From IMG/VR virus record IMGVR_UViG_2721755710_000007, positions 1 through 64,000 of that record: 64,000 nt of DNA; one strand, 5' to 3'. Position 1 is the first letter of the stretch, and each line of letters starts with the position of its first letter. The translations under genes were made by a program, and so were the position numbers. The notes beneath the pieces are model-generated. The model searched no databases. It had not been told where the DNA came from and worked only from the letters and a program-made list of their open reading frames with translations. This document shows positions 10,971-22,364 of this stretch, piece after piece. The DNA comes from a virus. Its lineage: Duplodnaviria; Heunggongvirae; Uroviricota; Caudoviricetes.

Positions 10971-12448
10971 GAAGTTGCGTAACGGACCCACGTTGGCGCG
11001 AGCTGGTGGCGCTATATCGTTATGACTGGATTGCGGCCGCTGATGTGTTGTTTGGGAAGACACCAACCTGGCAGCAGGATGAGATCATTGAGTCCACGCA
11101 GCAGGACGGCAGTTGGACAAGTGTGACCTCCGGCCATGGTACTGGTAAATCGGATATGACGAGTATCATTGCAATACTCTTCATCATGTTTTTCCCCGGC
11201 GCTCGCGTCATTCTGGTCGCTAACAAAAGACAGCAAGTCCTTGATGGTATTTTCAAATACATAAAGAGCAATTGGGCTACTGCTGTTAGCAGATTCCCGT
11301 GGTTGTCAAAGTATTTCATTCTTACAGAAACGTCTTTTTTTGAGGTGACTGGCAAGGGTGTTTGGACAATATTGATAAAGTCCTGTCGCCCCGGGAATGA
11401 GGAGGCGTTGGCTGGTGAACACGCCGATCATCTCTTGTATATCATCGACGAAGCGTCGGGTGTGAGTGATAAAGCATTCAGTGTGATAACAGGTGCGCTG
11501 ACCGGTAAGGATAACCGTATTCTGCTTCTTTCCCAGCCTACGCGACCTTCAGGCTATTTCTACGATTCACACCACAGACTAGCTATTCGCCCGGGAAATC
11601 CTGATGGATTGTTTACTGCGATAATACTGAATAGTGAAGAATCTCCGCTTGTAGATGCAAAATTTATACGAGCAAAACTTGCGGAGTATGGCGGTCGTGA
11701 TAACCCCATGTACATGATCAAAGTACGTGGTGAATTTCCCAAATCTCAAGATGGCTTTCTTCTTGGTCGTGATGAGGTTGAGCGGGCGACGCGGCGAAAG
11801 GTCAAGATTGCCAAAGGATGGGGCTGGGTTGCATGTGTTGACGTTGCTGGTGGCACAGGACGAGATAAGTCCGTTATTAATATCATGATGGTGTCCGGCC
11901 AGCGAAATAAACGCCGTGTAATCAACTATCGTATGCTGGAATACACAGACGTTACAGAAACGCAGTTAGCCGCCAAGATTTTCGCAGAATGTAACCCAGA
12001 ACGGTTCCCGAACATAACCATAGCTATTGATGGCGATGGCTTGGGGAAATCGACGGCTGATCTAATGTACGAACGCTATGGCATTACCGTCCAGCGTATC
12101 CGCTGGGGTAAAAAGATGCACAGCCGTGAAGATAAAAGCCTTTATTTCGATATGCGCGCTTTCGCGAATATTCAGGCGGCAGAAGCTGTAAAATCAGGGC
12201 GTATGAGGCTTGATAAGGGGGCTGCGACTATAGAGGAAGCATCAAAGATACCGGTAGGGATAAATTCCGCAGGTCAATGGAAGGTGATGTCAAAGGAAGA
12301 TATGAAGAAAAAACTCAACCTGCACTCACCGGACCATTGGGATACATATTGTTTCGCTATGTTGGCGAACTATGTTCCCCAGGATGAAGTGCTTAGCGTC
12401 GAAGACGAAGCGCAGGTTGATGAAGCTCTGGCATGGCTTAATGAATAA
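10964..12448 (+). CDS. pacB: terminase large subunit PacB (494 aa)
   Basis: 494-aa ORF overlapping the pacA tail; Walker A-like GHGTGKS; length matches P1 PacB. Confidence 0.85.
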
Positions 12449-12472
12449 CTCATTAACCATGCCGGATAGAAA

Positions 12473-13324
12473 CTATTGCGCGCTTTCGGGGTTGTCGTTT
12501 ACTGGCTGCCCCTTCTTAGTTTTACGGCTGCGCGTAACTGATGCGGCTGATTTGACCTTTTTCTCTTCGCGAGTGATGGCAATTTGTTTTTTTACATTTT
12601 CAATATCTGCCAGGCGATATATTTTTGCCTGCGGCCAGCGGTCGCAGATGATCGGTTCTATAGAGTCATAAAGGCTAAATTTTGCTTTCTCGAATTCACC
12701 GTTGATGATGATTCCATCACGGAGAGTTTCATCGCAGATAAACACACCACACAGCGGCACATGGTAACTAACTGATTTACCATCATTGTAGTTAGGGCTA
12801 CTGGAAATGTAATGGACGCGCAGCATTGTTTCGCTAAAGCCGTGTACACGCATACGGAATTTTTCATCCTCCGGGTACTGCTTCATTAGCTCTTTTGTTG
12901 CTTCCAGGTTCTCTATGTATTTCGCACTGTGCTCATTGATCCCCGCGCTTTTCTGGATGCGAATGTCCTTATCAATCAGATGAATAATGCGGCCAGCGGT
13001 CATGTTGACGCTGTTCACAGCTTCTGTCTGATAAGTTGTAACCTTACGCACACCGCGAAGGATGTTAGGCACTGGATATAAAATAGTCTTTGGGATATTG
13101 AGGTCTGGGTACTGTTCCAGTTCTCGCGCCATTAAAGTCCATTTATCAATTTCAGCCTGAATGCTGTCCGTTTCTTTGAACGGCAGAACGACAACCGGGC
13201 GTACAGGACGACCGTCGCTGGCGGCATCAACGTGTTGGGCGCGTGCAACAGCTTTTTTTAGAAAGAGATCCCTGAAGCTGACGAACTCCTGGTACAGTTG
13301 TTCGCCGTAGACATAATTTATCAT
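12473..13324 (-). CDS. c1: C1 master repressor of lysogeny (283 aa)
   Basis: Sequence matches P1 C1 as I recall it (MINYVYGEQLYQEFVSFRDLFLKKAV...); 283 aa. Confidence 0.9.
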   Translation of the reverse strand: MINYVYGEQLYQEFVSFRDLFLKKAVARAQHVDAASDGRPVRPVVVLPFKETDSIQAEIDKWTLMARELEQYPDLNIPKTILYPVPNILRGVRKVTTYQTEAVNSVNMTAGRIIHLIDKDIRIQKSAGINEHSAKYIENLEATKELMKQYPEDEKFRMRVHGFSETMLRVHYISSSPNYNDGKSVSYHVPLCGVFICDETLRDGIIINGEFEKAKFSLYDSIEPIICDRWPQAKIYRLADIENVKKQIAITREEKKVKSAASVTRSRKTKKGQPVNDNPESAQ

Positions 13325-13434
13325 TGATCCTCCTCCAGAATTGACATGGTCAATAACGCCCGGCTGAGAAAACCGGTCATTACTGACCTATATTATAGAG
13401 GGATCAAACGAAAATAATAGATTTATTAGTGCAT

Positions 13435-13644
13435 TTATTGTGAGTCTAACTGGTTAGTTGCCATGAGATATTCGATTGTGTCAGTGAGGTCATCCAGGTC
13501 GTCTTGGGTGATGCGGTACTCCTGATTGGATATCTTTGAGTAGTGTTCAGCAATGGCGCGGGCTGCGTCGGTTTCGGCAGGGTCTACAGATAAAGCGTTA
13601 GAGCAATGTCTAACGTCGTCGATGGTTGGTTGAATGAAAGCCAT
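13435..13644 (-). CDS. coi: Coi, C1 inactivator (69 aa)
   Basis: 69-aa ORF directly upstream of c1 on the same strand. Confidence 0.8.
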   Translation of the reverse strand: MAFIQPTIDDVRHCSNALSVDPAETDAARAIAEHYSKISNQEYRITQDDLDDLTDTIEYLMATNQLDSQ

Positions 13645-14008
13645 AATTATGCCTCACTGTATTGACAACACAGAGCCTGAAGCTCTGACCTACTGTTTCA
13701 CCCATGATCCATGCTGGGGTAATCTAACAACATTGCGCTGTGTGTAAGATGAGCAATGCGGTGATGCTGCCAACTTACTGATTTAGTGTATGATGGTGTT
13801 TTTGAGGTGCTCCAGTGGCTTCTGTTTCTATCAGCTGTCCCTCCTGTTCAGCTACTGACGGGGTGGTGCGTAACGGCAAAAGCACCGCCGGACATCAGCG
13901 CTATCTCTGCTCTCACTGCCGTAAAACATGGCAACTGCAGTTCACTTACACCGCTTCTCAACCCGGTACGCACCAGAAAATCATTGATATGGCCATGAAT
14001 GGCGTTGG

Positions 14009-15461
<1,453 letters not shown>

Positions 15462-15586
15462 ATAGCTGTAATGCCGTTGTATAAGGTTTCCCTGTTTGCT
15501 CATTTCCTTCTGAGCCGCTCTACAACGCTGAAGACACATTAAATAGTGAATCCAAAGTCGTATTACGTAACGGCGGCAAAACTATA

Positions 15587-15603
15587 ATTTATTAGAGCAA
15601 TTG
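15587..15603 (-). promoter_or_regulatory. C1 operator-like site
   Basis: aatttattagagcaat (reverse complement of the consensus). Confidence 0.5.
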
Positions 15604-15667
15604 TCAAACAACTATGAAAAACAATCCAGTTTTTGGCTGGTGGAGTGGGATTTTTCTCTCAAAATTT

Positions 15668-15684
15668 ATTGCTCTAATAATTAT
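15668..15684 (+). promoter_or_regulatory. C1 operator-like site
   Basis: attgctctaataattat. Confidence 0.5.
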
Positions 15685-15727
15685 TGATTTTTATGCGCAG
15701 CTGGACGTAAACTCCTCTTCAGACCTA

Positions 15728-15761
15728 ATAACTTCGTATAGCATACATTATACGAAGTTAT
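15728..15761 (+). other. loxP site-specific recombination site
   Basis: Exact 34-bp ATAACTTCGTATAGCATACATTATACGAAGTTAT. Confidence 0.97.
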
Positions 15762-16179
15762 CTTAGGGGTTATTGAACATGATCAATTTACCTGTAAATC
15801 TATACAGTTCAATACCTTATCAGGTCAAATAGTGATCACTTGATCATTTGATCAAGGTTGCGCTACGTAAAATCTGCGAAATGTTGGCAGTGTTAGTGCT
15901 CCAGATTTCGCGTAGCGCACTTAGCACCACCAATCAATCAGAGGTGAAAAATGGGATATTCAGCTGCTAAAGTGTCCACTCATCTTGAGCTTGAGAAAAA
16001 TCGTGGTTACTGGCGGGCAAAAGGGTTTGATCGTGATAGTTGTCAACTGTCATTATCGCGCGGTGAAGAAAAGATAGAACGCAGTCGCGGTCGTTGGCGT
16101 TTCTATGACGAGAACCATAAACAGGTAAAGGCAGAGCCGATCCTGTACACTTTACTTAAAACCATTATCTGAGTGTCAA

Positions 16180-17211
16180 ATGTCCAATTTACTGACCGTA
16201 CACCAAAATTTTCCTGCATTGCCGGTCGATGCAACGAGTGATGAGGTTCGCAAGAACCTGATGGACATGTTCAGGGATCGCCAGGCGTTTTCTGAGCATA
16301 CCTGGAAAATGCTTCTGTCCGTTTGCCGGTCATGGGCGGCATGGTGCAAGTTGAATAACCGGAAATGGTTTCCCGCAGAACCTGAAGATGTTCGCGATTA
16401 TCTTCTATATCTTCAGGCGCGCGGTCTGGCAGTAAAAACTATCCAGCAACATTTGGGCCAGCTAAACATGCTTCATCGTCGGTCCGGGCTGCCGCGACCA
16501 AGTGACAGCAATGCTGTTTCACTGGTTATGCGGCGGATCCGAAAAGAAAACGTTGATGCCGGTGAACGTGCAAAACAGGCACTAGCGTTCGAACGCACTG
16601 ATTTCGACCAGGTTCGTTCACTCATGGAAAATAGCGATCGCTGCCAGGATATACGTAATCTGGCATTTCTGGGGATTGCTTATAACACCCTGTTACGTAT
16701 AGCCGAAATTGCCAGGATCAGGGTTAAAGATATCTCACGTACTGACGGTGGGAGAATGTTAATCCATATTGGCAGAACGAAAACGCTGGTTAGCACCGCA
16801 GGTGTAGAGAAGGCACTTAGCCTAGGGGTAACTAAACTGGTCGAGCGATGGATTTCTGTCTCTGGTGTGGCTGATGATCCGAATAACTACTTGTTTTGCC
16901 GGGTCAGAAAAAATGGTGTTGCCTCGCCATCACCCACCAGCCAGCTATCAACTCGCGCCCTGGAAGGGATTTTTGAAGCAACTCACCGATTGATTTACGG
17001 GGCTAAGGATGACTCTGGCCAGAGGTACCTGGCCTGGTCTGGACACAGTGCCCGTGTCGGAGCCGCGCGAGATATGGCCCGTGCCGGAGTTTCAATACCG
17101 GAGATCATGCAAGCTGGTGGCTGGACCAACGTAAATATTGTCATGAACTATATCCGTAACCTGGATAGTGAAACAGGGGCAATGGTGCGCCTGCTGGAAG
17201 ATGGCGATTAG
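16180..17211 (+). CDS. cre: Cre tyrosine recombinase (343 aa)
   Basis: Sequence recognised as Cre (MSNLLTVHQN...LEDGD); about 420 bp downstream of loxP. Confidence 0.97.
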   Translation: MSNLLTVHQNFPALPVDATSDEVRKNLMDMFRDRQAFSEHTWKMLLSVCRSWAAWCKLNNRKWFPAEPEDVRDYLLYLQARGLAVKTIQQHLGQLNMLHRRSGLPRPSDSNAVSLVMRRIRKENVDAGERAKQALAFERTDFDQVRSLMENSDRCQDIRNLAFLGIAYNTLLRIAEIARIRVKDISRTDGGRMLIHIGRTKTLVSTAGVEKALSLGVTKLVERWISVSGVADDPNNYLFCRVRKNGVASPSPTSQLSTRALEGIFEATHRLIYGAKDDSGQRYLAWSGHSARVGAARDMARAGVSIPEIMQAGGWTNVNIVMNYIRNLDSETGAMVRLLEDGD

Positions 17212-17228
17212 CCATTAACGCGTAAATG

Positions 17229-17245
17229 ATTGCTCTAATTCTTTG
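17229..17245 (+). promoter_or_regulatory. C1 operator-like site
   Basis: attgctctaattctttg. Confidence 0.5.
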
Positions 17246-17261
17246 ATATTTATGGTGACAT

Positions 17262-17573
17262 ATGAGAAAGGATTTCAACATCGACGGAAAATATGTAGTG
17301 CTGTCTGTAAGCACTAATATTCAGTCGCCAGCCGTCATTGTCACTGTAAAGCTGAGCGATAGAATGCCTGATATTGATTCAATATCCGTTGCGTTCCCTG
17401 TCAAAAGTATGCGTGGTGCTGAACATTTCGTGATGAATGCCACCGAGGAAGAAGCACGGCGCGGTTTTGCTAAAGTGATGTCTGAGTTTGGCGAATTTTT
17501 GGGGCACGTTGACAAAGCCCTCTCAATCAGTTCAGCAAGGTCCAAAGCGTTAACAGCTTCCATGATGAAATAA
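17262..17573 (+). CDS. hypothetical protein, 103 aa (cre-associated position)
   Basis: ORF between cre and ref, preceded by an operator-like site. Confidence 0.45.
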   Translation: MRKDFNIDGKYVVLSVSTNIQSPAVIVTVKLSDRMPDIDSISVAFPVKSMRGAEHFVMNATEEEARRGFAKVMSEFGEFLGHVDKALSISSARSKALTASMMK

Positions 17574-17704
17574 AAAAAAGCCTGGCAAGGAGCCAGGCTG
17601 CACAAAAGAGCGGGTTTGTATTCCGCATCCAATCAATCAAGAAGGAGTATAGCACACAGGTACTGAAGTGAAAAAATGTGATTCGCGATAAATAAACAAC
17701 TTTA

Positions 17705-17721
17705 ATTGCTCTAATTGGTTG
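17705..17721 (+). promoter_or_regulatory. C1 operator-like site
   Basis: attgctctaattggttg. Confidence 0.5.
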
Positions 17722-17787
17722 ATATAATTGAGTCGCAGTTTTTGTCAACTACGAAGACGTTGCCATTACTTCACTCCTTGACATCAT

Positions 17788-17815
17788 AGGCGGCCATTAG
17801 GCCGCCTTTTTTTTG
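17788..17815 (+). terminator. rho-independent terminator
   Basis: aggcggcc-atta-ggccgcct followed by a T8 run. Confidence 0.6.
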
Positions 17816-17820
17816 ACCAT

Positions 17821-18381
17821 ATGAAAACAATCGAACAAAAAATTGAACAGTGCCGCAAGTGGCAGAAGGCAGCCAGAGAACGAGCGATCGCTCGGCAACG
17901 GGAGAAGTTGGCTGATCCGGTCTGGCGAGAATCTCAATATCAGAAAATGCGGGATACTATCGACCGCCGTATCGCTAAACAGAAAGAACGCCCACTAACC
18001 AGCAAAACGCGGAAAATCGCGGTAAAAATAAAATCTCGTGGCTTGAAGGGACGAACACCGACGGCAGAGGAACGGCGCATAGCCAATGCTCTTGGCGCTC
18101 TCCCCTGCATTGCCTGCTATATGCATGGAGTAATATCTGAAGAGGTGTCTCTGCACCATATCTCCGGTCGTACCGCGCCTGGTTGTCACAATAAGCAATT
18201 GCCCCTTTGTAGATGGCACCACCAGCATGCAGCACCGGCTGAAGTAAGAGAAAAATACCCCTGGCTGGTCCCTGTTCATGCCGATGGTGTGGTTGGAGGC
18301 AAGAAAGAATTCACCCTGCTGAACAAGTCAGAGATGGAGTTGCTGGCTGACGCCTATGAGATGGCAAATATCATGCACTAA
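17821..18381 (+). CDS. ref: Ref recombination enhancement function, HNH endonuclease (186 aa)
   Basis: 186-aa ORF with Cys/His HNH-like motifs (CIACYMHG...HHISGR...CRWHH); position after cre as in P1. Confidence 0.8.
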   Translation: MKTIEQKIEQCRKWQKAARERAIARQREKLADPVWRESQYQKMRDTIDRRIAKQKERPLTSKTRKIAVKIKSRGLKGRTPTAEERRIANALGALPCIACYMHGVISEEVSLHHISGRTAPGCHNKQLPLCRWHHQHAAPAEVREKYPWLVPVHADGVVGGKKEFTLLNKSEMELLADAYEMANIMH

Positions 18382-18427
18382 TATATTTATTATTTTTAAA
18401 ATATTGGGGCGCGTATGCCCCTGTTTG

Positions 18428-18982
18428 TTAATGTTTTTTGTCCTCTTCCAGACGAGCAACTTTTAATTGTTTGTCCGTGATAGTAAGCAATGCAACCCCT
18501 TCTTTTTCGTACAAATAACCAGCTCCATTAATCAATAATACAAACCGATCCTTTCCTCGGAATACTTCATAATACTTACCAGCACCACAGGTTTTAGTTT
18601 CAATGCAGTCCAAACCAGAGATTGCAGCCTTATCAAAGATATGGTCCTTCGTCGCAACAGGTTTCCCATACTCTTTTGTAAGCATTTCATCTAATTGCAT
18701 AAAGGTATATTTGCCAACTTTTGTTGTCATGCTCAACTCAACCTTGCCATTAATCAACATTCCTGTGGTATGTGGTTCCTGAGCGTCAGGTGACGATTTA
18801 TCGTATAATGCAAAAAGTTCTATGTCTGGAGTCCGTTTTTCAAAAGTGGCTTCGTCCTGTTCTTCAAGATAACTCTTGTCTTCACCGATAAGTGAGAGTT
18901 TATCAATCTCTGACTGGTTACACCCTGTTAACATTAGAGCCATAGCAATAGAAGCGATGATGTTGAAACTACGATTTTTCAT
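18428..18982 (-). CDS. lipoprotein, 184 aa (position of P1 mat)
   Basis: Signal peptide with lipobox LTGC. Confidence 0.5.
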   Translation of the reverse strand: MKNRSFNIIASIAMALMLTGCNQSEIDKLSLIGEDKSYLEEQDEATFEKRTPDIELFALYDKSSPDAQEPHTTGMLINGKVELSMTTKVGKYTFMQLDEMLTKEYGKPVATKDHIFDKAAISGLDCIETKTCGAGKYYEVFRGKDRFVLLINGAGYLYEKEGVALLTITDKQLKVARLEEDKKH

Positions 18983-19237
18983 TAATCAATCTCCGTGATT
19001 TGTGGTCATCAAGACCGGACGCAGGAATAGCCCAGACTCTACTACTGCAACCATATAAAAAATAATAGAAATATTGGTTTATAGCATTTTTACAGATAAA
19101 AAAATTGACATCTGACAAATTACTTCTGCCAAAATCACATCAAGCCCGGTACGGATGGATCCCTTTTCAAATATTCCATGGACGGCACAGTCTGAGTACC
19201 GGGCGCTACCTTCAGTTGTATTGCTAAGCCGCCGCTG

Positions 19238-19909
19238 GTGGCTTTTCTTTTTTGTAGGGGCGCTATGGATAAGAAAATATGCGTTGTTTCGATGAGCGTC
19301 GGCAAACCGGCGTCAATGACTGCTGCATGGATCAACAACGAGCTGATAATGGCTGATCGGACCAGCTACCCTGAACGCCGCCGCGATATGGAACTCCAGC
19401 TGCTGCGCGAATTGCGAGAAAAAGAGGAAAAGGGTTTTATCGTGCTGGTGGAAGAGGAAAACAGCTTTATTACCGGTCGAGTTGGCCAGCGTGTAAGGTT
19501 GCGCGATCCCTTCATGAACGGCAGGCCGGTACTAATTGAAGCAATGCAGATTTACAAGGAGTTGGAACGCCAGAAAGCGATCAAGTTACCGCGCAAGGAA
19601 TCCGGCAAATACATCCTCCACCAAAGCATCTTCGATTCCGAACACGATAAAAAAGGCGATGAGTTTTTCAACATCAACTGGAGCGAGATAACGACAGAGC
19701 ATGTTCTAACGTTGTTATGCTGCTTCGCAACAGAATACAACAACGTGGTAAGCGCAGACTACATCAGGACAATGACAAACACCGTTACTAAACAAGACAA
19801 CGAATATTCACCATATGAGCTATTTGTAAATATGATAAAAGCATTTTATCGGATGGAGCTCGCTAAAGTTCCTCAAGGTAAATTAACAGGTAAGGATAAC
19901 ATCTTTTAA
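19238..19909 (+). CDS. hypothetical protein (223 aa)
   Basis: ORF at the start of AT-rich cargo; no recognisable motif. Confidence 0.35.
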   Translation: MAFLFCRGAMDKKICVVSMSVGKPASMTAAWINNELIMADRTSYPERRRDMELQLLRELREKEEKGFIVLVEEENSFITGRVGQRVRLRDPFMNGRPVLIEAMQIYKELERQKAIKLPRKESGKYILHQSIFDSEHDKKGDEFFNINWSEITTEHVLTLLCCFATEYNNVVSADYIRTMTNTVTKQDNEYSPYELFVNMIKAFYRMELAKVPQGKLTGKDNIF

Positions 19910-19962
19910 GCACAGTAATAAGGTGCTTAGATGTTCATATCAATATCCTAACTCTCTGCATC

Positions 19963-20652
19963 TCATAAATCTGATAGCCACTTACTATCTATGGACTCAA
20001 TCTCCGTCAGCGGAATTGATGGGAAAAAATATCCCTGAGCGCCCCATAGCCCTATCCCTTTTGATAACTTATGACAATCAATGTTTTCGACGCCTTCAGC
20101 GATGATATTCGGACATAACTTTTTTAAATTGCTAATAATGACATCAAAATGAGGCTTAATCATATGCTCTTGAAAAAATGACTTATCAAGTTTTATTGCA
20201 TGATATTTATTTTTAATTAATGCTTTCATGGTGGCGTTACCACTTCCAAAATCATCAAGCCAAACATTATCTGTCAAAGTCAGTAGAAAGGATATGACGT
20301 AATCCTCATCGCTTAAATCAGGATAGTTTTCTGATATCTCAATCGCTATAAATTTATTGTTTATTAGTAGTTCTTGAATTTGTTTATTGCCATATATATA
20401 TAAACAGGTATCATAATCTACATTGATAGAGCATAATATATTATGGCATTCAAAAAAACACTTATATTTGATTATTGTGTTAAGTTGAGATTTTAGCAAG
20501 TTAATCTTCATCTTGCTTGTAAATATACCTAATACTTTCTGAGTAGAAAGAATAGCCCCCTCGTTGGAATAAAATCTGCTCAACACTTCCACTGCTATCA
20601 ACTTGTTAGTGCTTGTGGAAATGATTGGTTCTACTATGTAGATAACTTCCAT
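19963..20652 (-). CDS. stand-alone EAL-domain protein, putative c-di-GMP phosphodiesterase (229 aa)
   Basis: EAL signature residues: EVLSR, IEISE, DDFGSG, KLDKSF, AEGVE, QGYFF. Confidence 0.7.
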   Translation of the reverse strand: MEVIYIVEPIISTSTNKLIAVEVLSRFYSNEGAILSTQKVLGIFTSKMKINLLKSQLNTIIKYKCFFECHNILCSINVDYDTCLYIYGNKQIQELLINNKFIAIEISENYPDLSDEDYVISFLLTLTDNVWLDDFGSGNATMKALIKNKYHAIKLDKSFFQEHMIKPHFDVIISNLKKLCPNIIAEGVENIDCHKLSKGIGLWGAQGYFFPSIPLTEIESIDSKWLSDL

Positions 20653-20873
20653 GCTCCCACCCTCTATTTTTAAATTGGTTGGCTTTAGCAGATAAAGTGC
20701 CCTTTATATTTACAGGGGTTACACACTATGTCAATTTATTTATCTGTAGTGAAATTGATAAAAATTCAATAATAAAAGCAGCAACTGTGACACAAATCAA
20801 TATTTTTATTTTTTGCACAACTTCTTGATTTCAGTGCTGCTGTATCTCTATTCTTGTTCAAAGCCTCTTTAGA

Positions 20874-21600
20874 ATGGTGGTAGCTATGTCAGGAGTCTGT
20901 TACTTCATCCTAATAAAGAAACCGATAAATTTTCAATTTCTTAAGGATTTCTTAATATTAAATTATGGTGATGTGCTGTTGCTTAAACATTCTGAACGCG
21001 AATTCTTACAAACCTATTCAGATAAATATATCGAATTCGAACTTAATGATAGTGCCGTAAGAAACTATTTATCTTGTCACAATCACCAAGGGAAGCAACT
21101 TCTGGATAAATGCCCACATTTGCTAAAAAAGTCTTTTGCTTATCCTGATTTATTAATCAGGATGATCGATAATATAAGTGACCAGAATCATATACATCCT
21201 GATTTTAAGGATGCTTTAACTTTTTCATTACTTTCAATTTTTAGTGATGTTGACAACCTTAGAGCTTTTCTTAAATCTGGTATGCCTACTTTCTCAGGGA
21301 AAGTACGCAGCATATTTCTTTCAGATGTATCTAAACATTGGAAACTAAGAGACTTAACTGATTATCTATACATAGTGAGAGTTTAATAAAGAAAAAACTC
21401 TTATTAGAAAACACCTCCTTCAGTAAGTTATTACTTGATACACAAATGGCTTTTGCTATTAAATTACTAAAGCAAAACCGCCCCCTCAAACAAGTATCAG
21501 AAAGTTGTGGTTTTAGTAGCATATCGTACTTTGTGTGCCTATTTAGGCAGTATTATAATTGTACACCATGTGAATATGTAAAACATCAGTTATCATCTGG
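20874..21600 (+). pseudogene. AraC-family regulator, disrupted (170-aa ORF plus out-of-frame C-terminal HTH)
   Basis: ORF 20874-21386 ends in TAA TAA; AraC-type HTH (...LLDTQMAFAIKLLKQNRPLKQVSESCGFSSISYFVCLFRQYYNCTPCEYVK) follows in another frame next to an A-run. Confidence 0.5.
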
Positions 21601-21645
21601 GAAATAAGATGCATTTATCTCCCAGATAATATTGTAATATTAAAC

Positions 21646-21894
21646 TCAGTCAGCATTTAGTAGCAGAGCATTATCTATGATGATCTGCTCCCATTCTTCG
21701 AATGCCCGGTCGCGGACGCCCTGGGGAACGCTGTTTGTTTTGAAATCGACGACCGTCCGCCATTTCCCGTCCGGACGGTACATGCGCAGAGCTTTACTTC
21801 CCCCTTCCCTGCGCACCTCAACGTTATGCTTGTCAGCAAACTCTTGTAATGCTCGTAGCGTCCCATGCTTTACTGTGTAGTATCGCTTTTTCAA
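21646..21894 (-). CDS. hypothetical protein (82 aa)
   Basis: Last gene of a three-gene minus-strand cluster; overlaps the upstream gene by 4 bp. Confidence 0.4.
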   Translation of the reverse strand: MKKRYYTVKHGTLRALQEFADKHNVEVRREGGSKALRMYRPDGKWRTVVDFKTNSVPQGVRDRAFEEWEQIIIDNALLLNAD

Positions 21895-22331
21895 GTTTTC
21901 TCTCCAGCCTGTGCCAAGGCTTCAACTTCCAAATCGTAAGACTCAAACTCATAGTCCTGGTCGTCAACTTCTTCAGGGACTGGCAGTAAATGCCAGGCTG
22001 AGTATATCTGACCATTATCAAAACGCTCCTGGCTGTAGAGCGTCGCGGCTATGAGTGTTAGCGCCGGGCGGTCATAACGGTAAAATTTGCGAACGTCACG
22101 GTCAACGAGACGACCGAAATTACCATAACCGCGCTCCAGTAATAATTTTTTAATTTCCGGCCAGTATGGGCCATAGCTGCGGTACAGGCGGGGATTTTTC
22201 AGTAATCGCCCGCGTAGCCCTGACAGGAAGAAATCAACGTATTCGTCTTCTGTCTTTCCTAACAACGCTGTACGGAGTACCGCCTCAAGATATGTTTTAT
22301 TCGGTTTTATTGTATCAGATAGTGTGGCCAT
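21891..22331 (-). CDS. hypothetical protein (146 aa)
   Basis: Middle gene of the cluster. Confidence 0.45.
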   Translation of the reverse strand: MATLSDTIKPNKTYLEAVLRTALLGKTEDEYVDFFLSGLRGRLLKNPRLYRSYGPYWPEIKKLLLERGYGNFGRLVDRDVRKFYRYDRPALTLIAATLYSQERFDNGQIYSAWHLLPVPEEVDDQDYEFESYDLEVEALAQAGEKT

Positions 22332-22364
22332 ATTATGCGACGCCCGGCGAACCGGGCGCTCCTG

